A model generated the notes under the pieces. That model was not told the origin of the DNA. It saw only the letters and a program-made list of their open reading frames with translations, and ran no database searches. 64,000 nucleotides of DNA, taken from contig MU057503.1 of NCBI GenBank assembly GCA_013265495.1, forward strand, positions 124,001-188,000, in the 5' to 3' direction. This DNA is from Vicugna vicugna (taxonomy: Eukaryota). This document shows, piece by piece, positions 25,190 to 34,922 of this stretch; the stretch's first letter is position 1, and each line of letters begins with the position of its first letter. The translations under genes were made by a program, and so were the position numbers.

Positions 25190-28100
25190 TACAGTAGGTT
25201 AGAGGATTTTTCAGCAAACGATCACTCTCTTTCCCTCACCCCACTGAAGGAATGCACTTCTCTGCTACTGCTTTTGGGCTTGCATAGTTGGGCTTATCTG
25301 TTGGTCTCCTGCTTTTTGTATGAGAACAAATCTGGCTTTAGGAAAATGAGATATATGTGAAGCAGACTTAGACCCAACCTGTAGCTTGGAAACCAGCTGA
25401 GTCCTACCAATATCAGCCAATCTCCATCCAACCCACAAATGCATAAGTAACAAATATATGCGGATTATTGTATGTTACTAGGATTTGGGGTGTTTTGAAA
25501 AGCAGAAAAATTTAACTGATATAGAATTTGGTATTTAAAGTGGAGTGCTGCTGTTAACAAAAACCTAAAATACATGGTGTTGGCCTTAGAAATAGGCAAC
25601 AGGCAATGCTGTAATTGTCATAGGAGAGTGGGAAAATGGCAGCAGTGTTACGTAGTGGCGTAACTTTTGCGAGAATTGTCATCTGTAATAACATGGAAGG
25701 CGGAACATGTACTCAATAAACTTATGAAGTTAGATGAGATAATTTCAAAGCAGAATGTTAAAAAGCAGGCTGCTTGCTGCCCTTGAAAAGGCACAAGAAA
25801 GAGGTGAACTCAAAAGGAACTGCCTAGATTACAAACAGAGTTGGAAAAAAAAAAAAGAGTCCAGAAATTCTGAAACTTGCAGGGTTAAAAATGAAACTGT
25901 TTATCACCAAATTCCAACTTCAGAGAATAAGCAAGTCTAGGCCACTGCCAGTGACGCATGACCTCAGGGTAGAGACCAAATCATGGTTGTAACTGCAGCT
26001 CCTTTTGTTAAAACCTCAGAAAAAATAAAAGTGGTATTGTAGGTCAAAGTGCCATGAAGGTTAGCTCTGACATGGAGATTAGCCTGCAGTGAAATGCTCT
26101 CAGGATCAATACCTGTGGAAGACAGGAAGTAAGCAAGACGGAGCAATGCAAGAAGATGGGCTGTAATGCATTTACAAAAAGACTTCAGCCACTGAAACTA
26201 AATGGCTGCTCAGAGTTGTTCCAAACTGAGACATTGAGGCCAGGCCTTTATAACCCCACATCAACCAGTCATTACATATTAGACATTCCCTTCCGGGCTT
26301 GGTGGCCCCCTGTTTGATATATTATGAAAGATCCTATGTCATGAGATCAAACCCTCTGTAAGCCTTTTGATGGTGGAGATGGTCAAGACTCTGTTGGCAG
26401 TAAAGGAAAACCCATACCTGCAATGTCAATACTAATCAAGATGAATCAGTGCTTCTTTCAGAGTAGGATCCAATGGACTTAACTTGCCACCATTTGTTCC
26501 TCCTCTAGGGATGATTCCATATTACAGGCTCTGTATTGGTCTCCATCCCCAACAGACTGGACATTTGACAGCAGTAACAGCTAGATCCATCTCGATAAAT
26601 AGGAACCACTGCTGTGGGCCCCTTATACAGCGACCGTCCCTGCCACTGTGGCTACGACACTTATGTACTCATTGTTCCAGATCTGGGATAGAAGCTATTT
26701 GATGTTAGCTTTTGGAGTCATTCAATCTATTTGTTCAATACCTCTTTGTGGTGCATGCTTTATGGTTGGTGCTCACATGCAATACAAAATTCTTCACACT
26801 TGCTCATTTCCCTAGGTCCATCCATGTAACTTTTCCTCAGACTTCCTGCCTCTCAATCTAATAATATTTCTTCTTTCAGGTCCTTGACCAAACTTGTCTC
26901 TTCGTGCAAAGTGGATAATCAGGTGACCCAAAGCTCTGCTTATTGAGACTATTTCTCCTCATCACTCTATTTTAAGCTCCCCTGTGAATGGATCTGTAAT
27001 GCAGGCATCATTCTTTTCTTGGCTTTTACACACATACTGAGCTAAACTGTTCTTTTTCCTTTCATCATAAACTAGTCATTAGGTATCCATTATGCAGCCA
27101 TAGAGATGAGCCACTGCCAGTGTCTACTAGAGGTGTTATCTACTAAATCACTCACCTGATAAAAGAGATCTAAGAAAGATTACAATACGATCCAACAAAA
27201 TCTTCACATACCCAGAGTATCTGTAATTAAATCTATAAAGTGGGATGACCATATCACAAAGAGAATTTAGGTGAGGCTTTTGATATGTAGCACTGACTGG
27301 AATCAAATACATAGAAAATCCATGACTGTCTTTAAAAATTATTCTAGCAAAAGCACCACAGGTCCAAACTAAAAAAAAACTAAGACTCTCTGAACTTTGG
27401 ATCCCAACTTTCTACAAGCAAGGCCCAGACCATGAAAGCATCTTAGCCACCAGGAAGAACCCTCTTCAGAAGTGGCTAAGGAGGAGGATTAAAAAAAAAA
27501 ATCCTTCCTCTCCAACAGAGGACAGAGCAAAGAGCCATGAAGAGACATAAATGGGAAGCATTTTCCAAGAAACAGAACTAGGACTTTATCAAGGAATATT
27601 CCATACCCCCAACGTAGAAGTGTTTGGAAACATTTGCCTAGTGAGATTTCAGAATTGCTATGAACCAGTGACTCCTATTTGTATCTCATTCTTCTCCTTT
27701 TCAAATGGGAGCATCTATTCTCCCATTCTGTCCTTGTTCCACCATCATATGTTGAATGTGTGAAAGCAGATACCCTATCCTTTAAGTTTTTAGAACTTTA
27801 AGTCACAAGAAGATACTCTAAAATTTATACAAGTCATGTGATCCTAAACTCTAAATCTGATGTCAAGACCTTTGAGATGTCTTGAAATGGAAGTGAGTGT
27901 ATTTTACATTAGTTAATGAATGAATATTTGTGACTGAAAAAGCAGACTGTAGTAGATGCAGTTTAAAACTTTATTCAACAAATAGTCGTTCTCCCCTTCT
28001 TCCCACAGAAAAGAGTATATTTTTGCCCCTATTTGATTTTGGGCTTGGCCATATAACATCCTTTGGCCAATAGAATGTTAATGGACATGACAGGACCAGA

Positions 28101-28372
28101 GACTTGCAATATGCTTACATAGCTGAGCTTTCTCTCTTCCTTTCCAGCTTTTCACATCAGAATAAGTCTTGGGTAGCCACTGATCCTTATGATAACAGAA
28201 ATGTGGGGCATACTTGGACCCAGTCTGCAGTATAAAGTTAAGGCCAGTTGAGACTGAACTAGATTTGTCAAGCCTCAGTAACAACAGATGTTTAAGAAAT
28301 AAGTGAAAGCTTATTTCCTGCATGCCACCAAGCATATAGGTGGTTGGTTACGAAGCAAAAGCCAAATAATAT
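25190..28372 (+). mobile_element. Old MaLR (MLT1-type) provirus: LTR ~25190-25522, internal region, LTR ~27948-28372, interrupted by an antisense ERVL piece
   Basis: The two LTRs are related (ttttgggcttg...cata; agacttagacccaacctgtag / atacttggacccagtctgcag). The internal region starts with the MaLR signature gaatttggta...tgctgctg...acctaaaa. Confidence 0.72.
26038..27135 (-). mobile_element. LTR16-like LTR plus ERVL internal remnant, nested in the MaLR internal region
   Basis: ctctgacatggagattagcctgcag...tcaggatcaatacctgtgga is the reverse complement of an LTR16-type 3' end and is related to 14800-14901. ERVL-like antisense internal sequence follows. Confidence 0.6.
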
Positions 28373-28404
28373 AGGGAGGTTTTCTCAGACTTAGAATTCA
28401 ATTT

Positions 28405-29555
28405 ATGTAGGGGTAGAGGATTAAAAGATACAAACTACTATGTATAAAACAAACAAGCAATGAGGATATACATTGTTCAGCACAGGGAGACATAGCCACT
28501 GTTTTGTAAAAACTTTAAATGGAGCACTCTGTATAAAAATATTGAATCAACATGTTGAACATACAAATGATCAAAAAACACATGAAAAAATGTTCAATAT
28601 CACTAATTATCAGAGAAATGCAAATCAAAACTACAATGAGGTATCACCTCACACCAGTCAGAATGGCCGTCATTCAAAAATCCAAAAATGACAAATGCTG
28701 GAGAGGCTGTGGAGAAAGGGGAACCCTCCTACACTGCTGGTGGGAATGCAGTTTGGTACAGCCACTATGGAAAACAGTGTGGAGATTCCTCAAAAGACTA
28801 GGAATAGACTTACCATATGACCCAGGAATCCCACTCCTGGGCTTGTACCCAGAAGGAAATCTACTTCAGGATGACACCTGCACCCCAATGTTCATAGCAG
28901 CACTATTTACAATAGCCAAAACATGGAAACAACCTAAATGTCCATCAACAGGTGACTGGATAAAGAAGATGTGGTATATTTATACAATGGAATACTACTC
29001 AGCCATAAAAACCGACAACATAACGCCATTTGCAGCAACATGGATGATCCTAGAGAATGTCATTCTAAGTGAAGTAAGCCAGAAAGAGAAAGAAAAATAC
29101 CATATGAGATCGCTCATATGTGGAATCTAAAAACAAAAACAAAGCATAAATACAAGACAGAAATAGACTCATGGACAGAGAATACAGACTTGTGGTTACC
29201 GGGGGGGGTGGGTAGAGGGTGGGAAGGGATAGACTGGGATTTCAAAATTGTAGAATAGATAAACAAGATTACACTGTATAGCACAGGGAAATATACACAA
29301 AATGTTATGATAAATCACAGAGAAAAAAATGTGACAATGAGTGTGTATATGTCCATGAATGACTGAAAAATTGTGCTGAACACTGGAATTTGACACAACA
29401 CTGTAAAATGATTATGAATCAATAAAAAATGTAAAAAAAAAAAACTATATCAGGTGGTGACCAGTGCTCTGAAGGAAAAAAAAAAAACATGTTGAACATT
29501 TGCAACTAATACATTGCAAATCAACTATACTACAATAAAAAATAAGATAAATAAA
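28405..29555 (+). mobile_element. L1 3'-UTR fragment (28405-28562 and 29486-29555) split by a younger L1
   Basis: tacaaactactatgtataaaa...agcacaggga...tgaatcaacatgttgaacat continues after the insert as ttgcaactaatacattgcaaatcaactatactacaataaaaa. Confidence 0.8.
28563..29485 (+). mobile_element. Young 5'-truncated L1 with open ORF2 C-terminus, 3' UTR, poly(A) and a 3' transduced tag
   Basis: The ORF 28552-29130 is an uninterrupted L1 ORF2p C-terminus ([18 protein letters not shown]...[11 protein letters not shown]). Perfect 14-bp TSD AACATGTTGAACAT at 28549-28562 and 29486-29499. Confidence 0.95.
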
Positions 29556-29619
29556 AGTTTTAAAGGATTTAATTTCTGAATTGTTTCTTCATTTGCATCT
29601 TATTTGTTATATAACTTGT

Positions 29620-31831
29620 TGTTATGAACTGAGTATACTGCTCAATACAAATATGTATTTTGAAGCCCTAATCCCCAATGCCTTGATATTTGGAGGTGGG
29701 GCATTTGAGGGGCAAGTAAGACTAGATTAGGTTATGAGGTAGAGGTCCTCATGATGGGATTAATGTCCTTATAAGAAGAGGAGGAGACATGAGATGGCTC
29801 TCTCTCCCTGACTGACTGATTGAACCATCAGCTTTCACCTGTCTTTGGACTGGGACTTAGACAATCTGCACCTTCTCCAGCTTCTCAGGTATTCAGACTC
29901 GGACTGAAATTTATAACACTGGCTTTCCTAGATCTCCAGCTTCCAGATGGCAGAACTTCTAAGCTTCTATAATTGCATAAGCCTCTCTCTCTCTCTTTCT
30001 CTTCTCTGTAAGTATGTATATGTATATATCTTCTACTGGTTCTGTTTCTCTGAAGACTTCTAATACAGAAATTTGTACTAACAAGTTGGATGCTGCTATA
30101 AAAAACACCTAAAAATGTGATAGTAGCTTTGGAACTGGGTAATGGGTAGAGGCTGGAAGAATTTTGAGGTGCATGGTAGAAAAAGCTCACATTGTCAAGA
30201 AGGGACTGCTAAAGGTGGCGCTGGTTAGAGCTCAGAAAGCAGAGCTAGAGAGAAAGCCCCCATCCTCTTAGAGAATACGTGAATAATCATGAACAGAATG
30301 TTGGTAGAAATGTGGATGATAAAGGCCATTCTGATGAGGTCTCAGATAGAAATGAGGAACAGATTATTGGAAACTGGAGGAAAGTCTATCTTTTTTATGA
30401 AGTGGCAAAGAATTTGGCTGACTTTTGTTTGCATTCCAGCAAGTTGTGGAAGGTAGAACTTGCAAATGATGAAATTGGATATTTAGGGGAGGAGATTTCT
30501 AAACAAAATGTTGAAGGAGTAGCATTGTTCTTCCTGACTGCATATAATAAAATATGAGAAGAGTGATTTGAATTAAAGGCAGAATCATGGAGCAAAAAAG
30601 AACCAGGACTTAAATATTTGGAAAATTCTCAGCCTGTCCATGCAAAAAATGAGAAAGTGTATCAGAAGAGAATGCTAAGGGTGTGACCATTCAGTTAGGA
30701 GCTTAACACAGGTGTGAACCACAGATGTAATCAGCCACCCCAGCAGCAGCACGGCCAGTTTCAAAGGGAAGGAATGGAGAAGGGAGAAAATGAATGCAGG
30801 CTGTCAGACTTCTTAGACTCTACAGGACCTGAACCACAGAGCTATCAGGCTGTGAACACATGCTAGTCCTCAAGACAAGGGAAGAATGGTCCTGAGGGTG
30901 ATTCAGAGATCATCAGGGGCACCACCTCACTTTCAACAGGCCAGGCAGTCTCCAATGGAGGCCATGGGGTGGGGCTGCCCAGAGCTTTGGGGTCATGACG
31001 CCCACTGGCAGAGCTGTGGTACAGACCACATGTTCTCACTGAGCCATGGGGATTATATTGGTACTCTAGTAGATTTGGAGGGCAGAGCATCCAACCAAGA
31101 CTATTTCCCACCTTAATAGCCAATGGGACTTGCTTTGCTAGAGTTTAACTTGCTTGGGACCCATCAACCATTCCTTCTCTCCTATTTCTCTATTTTATAC
31201 TAGAAATGTCTATCCTATGCCTGTCTCCCATTGTATTTCAGAAGCACAGAACTTGTTTGGTTTCACAGGTTCACAGCTAGGGAGAAATTTTTGTCTCAAG
31301 ATGAATCATACCTTGAGTCTCACCCATATGTGATTTAGATGAGACGCTGGACTCTAAAGTTGATGCTGGAAAAGAGTCAAGACTTTGGGGGCTGTTAGGT
31401 GGAGTGAATGTATTTTCCATGTGAGAAGGATATAAATTTTGGGAGCCAGAGACAGAATGCTATGGACCGAATGTTTGTGTCCCTTTCACCTCCCAAATTC
31501 AAATGTTGAAGCTCTGACTACCAAGTGTGATGGTATTCAGAAGTAGTGCCTTTAGGAAGTGATTAAAGTTAGAGTAAGTCATGAAGGTGGGGCCTTCATA
31601 ATGGGATTAAAGCCCTTATAAAAAGAGGAGACAAGAGAGCTCTTTGGCTTGTGAGCCTGTAGCCAGAAGGCAGCCATCTGCAAACCAGAAAAGGACTCTC
31701 ACCAGAATATAACCATGCTGGCACCCCAATCTTAGACTTCCAGCCTCCAGAACTGTGAGAAATAAAGTTCTGATGTTTAAGCCACCTCCTGTGTGGTATT
31801 TTTGTTAAAGCAGCCCATGCCAACTAAGATC
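29620..31831 (+). mobile_element. MaLR MLT1A-type provirus: 5' LTR 29620-~30067, internal region, 3' LTR ~31458-31831
   Basis: The LTR 5' halves are homologous (tgttatgaactga / tgctatggaccga; catgatgggatta...ccttataagaagagga). The internal region has acctaaaaatgtga...gctttggaactgggtaatgggtagaggctggaagaattttgagg. The 3' LTR has ccagcctccagaactgtgagaaataaa. Confidence 0.88.
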
Positions 31832-32994
31832 CCTACCTATTGAGATTTTAATTTCATTTGCCATACTTTATATTCATAGAAAGTCTAACTGGTTCATTTT
31901 TCAATTTGTATTTTTTGTACATTCTACTGTTCTTTAATCATCATTTCTATTCTTTTATATTTAAAATCATTTTAAATTTATTTATTTTTATAGACTGAAG
32001 ATTTTTCCTTTATTTATAGTTTTAAGATACTACTTTTCTCTCTCTCTCTTTTTTTTTTTTGCATATGCTGACTCTTAAATGTGTGGACTGTTTCCTAGTT
32101 TATCTTATAATTTTTATGTTATCTTCTGTAGATGGTATTTTTTCTATGGTAGTCAATGAGAGCCAGAGTATGGCAACATTTTAACTGGGAATTTCTCACT
32201 TGCTTCTTTCAAATCCCTAGGGGCTTCAATTTCATTACATCAACTGCCTGCATTGAGCAAGTTCTACATTCTCATGTGTGAATGCCTTTTACCCATACAT
32301 GTGTAATGGTCAAGTATGGGGACAGTTTATACTTATTATTCTTTAATTTTTATTTTTATTTTTATTTTTATTTATGAAAACTGGGAGTTTCTTTTTTTTT
32401 CATACTTTGGTAACTTTTTGACATAATAACTTAACCAACATTTCTACAGGTTCAAGAAGGATTAGATAAACTATGTTGACAAGTTTCCAGACTCCCAAAT
32501 TCTTGTAAGATAATTATATTTCATCAGATCTCTGATGCTTTATAGTACTGCATCAGCACTGTGATTTAGATTATTTTGATTCTGTGTAATAAATGAATGT
32601 TCTAAAAGAGAAAAACCAGAGCTGCCCTAGAATGACTGAATGAGAAAGGAAAGTTGGCTTAGTTGCCTATAAACAGATAACTGAAAATATAAGCATAAAT
32701 GACAAGTACAAAGATATATTAAAGTCATCTAATTGATAAGTAAAGTTAATACTGCAGAGATAACAAATAATAAGCACACTGCAGAACAGATCAGCAATTG
32801 TAGACAACTTTAATATTACTTTGAAAATCTATATTTGAGGAATTTAAGCCAAGTGTATACTAGCATATCCTACATATCTGACTTCAGACTCAAAGTAAAT
32901 AATAGGTATTCAAAAAAATGTTGATTGAATTAATGGACGAATAAATGTGTTTTTCTTTTTCATATATAATAGACTTGTGATAGAAAAGCAAATC

Positions 32995-33220
32995 AGCAAA
33001 TCAGTGTGGTGGAGTGAAAAACGCACTGGCGTATCAGAAAACCTAGATTCTACTTCTCTGTACTTTATAGATAGATGACTTAGAGCAGGCACTTAACCTC
33101 TTTGAACCTCATTTTCCTCATCTATAAAGTGTAAAAATATCTATCCTTGCCACTTTACAAAACTATATTTAGACTAAAACAAGATGAATAAATGAAAACG
33201 TTTTGAAAATTATAAACAAC
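32995..33220 (+). mobile_element. MIR (one of many; similar remnants near 1200, 12330, 35140, 41330, 43010, 44430, 45000, 47850, 51000, 54410, 58260, 63350)
   Basis: MIR core: cacttaacctctttgaacctcattttcctcatctataaagtg. Confidence 0.75.
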
Positions 33221-33701
33221 CATTCTGTTAGAAAATATTATTTGCACTGAGATAAGTGTACATGGAAATGAGACCCTCTAGTAGCAAAGAGTTTTCCTGC
33301 AAGGGACTATATTAGATAGTAGACAGGTTAGGCTACGGCAACAATATGACCCAAAAGTACAGTGCTTTAAGCAAGATAGAAATTTCTCTCTCACCCAGAA
33401 GTCCACATATGCAGTCCAGGGCTGACATAATGGCTGACTGATGGAGTTCCACACTCTGTATATCACGTTGTTCTGCCATCCTCAATAGGTGGCTTTCAAT
33501 TTATGGAAAAGGCTGTCCTCTAGCTCTCACTATCATCTCCAATTTCCAGCCAGCAGAAAAGAGGAACAGGAAGGGAGAAATGATATGCATCCTTCCTTTG
33601 AAGAACATGAATAAGAAGTTTCATAAATCACTCTTGCTCACATTCTCTTGAACACAACATAACCACATGTATTAGCAAGGGAGATTAAGAAACTATGGTG
33701 T

Positions 33702-34922
33702 GATCCCATGTTCATAAATTAGAAGACAGCACTGTTAAGATGACATTACCCCCAAACTGACCTACAGATTCCAAGCAATCTTTATCAAAATCCCAGCTGA
33801 CTTCTTTACAAAAATTAAGATAATTCCAATATTTATACAGAATTTCAAGGGTCCAGAATATCCAAAACAATACTGAGAAAGAACAAAGTTGAAGAATGCA
33901 CACTTCTCAATTTCACAATGTATTACAATGCTAGAGTTATCAAAGCAATGCGATACTGCCATTAGGATAAACATAGAGATAAACAGAATTGAGAGTCTTC
34001 ACAGTAATGCCAAATTAATTTTCAAAAAGGGTGCCAAGACAATTAAATGGGAGCAAGAAAAATATTCTTCATGCCATTTACACAAACCAGGATGTTTATA
34101 ATCAAAAAGACAGATAGGAGGGTATAGCTCGGTGGTAGAATACCGGCTTAGCATGTACAAGATCCTGAGTTCAATCCCCAGTATCCCCATTAAATAAATA
34201 AATACATATAACTTTTTTAAAAAGACAGATAATAACAGGGATGGCTGATGATGTGGGGAAATTGGAACCCTCACTGACTGCTAGCGGCAATGTAAAATGA
34301 TGTAGGCACTCTAGAAAACAGTCTGACAGTTCTTCAGATGATTAGACATAATGTGACCATTTGACTCAGCAGTCCCACTCCTAGGATGGAAACATATATC
34401 CACACAAATACTTGTACATGAATGTTCATACAACATTTTTCATAGTAGTCAAAAAGTTAAAACATCCCAAATGCCCATTAACTATGAATAGATAAACTAA
34501 AGGTAATATATCCATACAATAGAATTGTTATTATTACTATTATTATTCAGCAATAAAAAGAAATGAAGAACTGATACATGCTACAACATGGATGAACCTT
34601 GAAAACATTATGCTAATTCAAAGATGCCAGTTACAAAGGATCATACATTGTATGATTCTATTTAAATGAAGTGTCCAAATAGGGAGGTTGGTAGAGATAG
34701 AAAACAAATTCATGGTTGCTTGGGGCAGAGGGGCTGAGTGGGTGGGTTGCGATGACAGCTAAGGGACGTGGGTTTGGGAGACGGTAGTGACCATATTGTA
34801 AAATTGAGGGGATAGATGCACAACTGTGTGAAACACTAAAAGACATTAGATGGTACACTTTATAAGAGCCAAATGTATGGCATGTGAATTACATATCAAA
34901 GTGGTTTTAAAAAAAGAAAAAA
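33702..34922 (+). mobile_element. L1 (L1MB/MC-like) ORF2 3' part and 3' UTR, with internal deletions
   Basis: Contains tcaaaatcccagctgac, ggaaattggaaccctca and atgctacaacatggatgaaccttgaaaacattatgctaa, with an A-rich tail at ~34908. Confidence 0.85.
34117..34218 (+). mobile_element. tRNA-Ala-derived SINE (vic-1-like, camelid)
   Basis: Pol III A box (tagctcggtgg), B box (gttcaatccc) and (TAAA)n tail. Perfect 13-bp TSD AAAAAGACAGATA at 34104-34116 and 34219-34231. Confidence 0.9.

Larger units (their letters stand above)
22440..25190 (-). mobile_element. Old L1 (L1ME-like) host element, continuing at ~28372, ~29560-29619 and ~31832-32240; contains younger L1 3' ends (~23145-23330, ~24045-24390)
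   Basis: T-rich antisense L1 pattern (ttttattaatttctg, tttctaattttgt, ctggaactcctattagacatatgttg). The nested pieces show aaatgcacccattttaagtgtacagttc and ttatttcacttagcataatgtc. Confidence 0.65.

Noticed and set aside
28552..29130. 192-aa ORF as a host gene
   Set aside because: It is the C-terminus of L1 ORF2p in a 5'-truncated insertion with no promoter.
30279..30557. 92-aa ORF (NVGRNVDDKGHSDEVSD...)
   Set aside because: A remnant of the MaLR internal gag-like frame within the MLT1A provirus, with no sign of domestication.
34117..34190. tRNA-Ala gene
   Set aside because: It has mismatched stems, an A-rich tail and a TSD, so it is a SINE rather than a tRNA gene.
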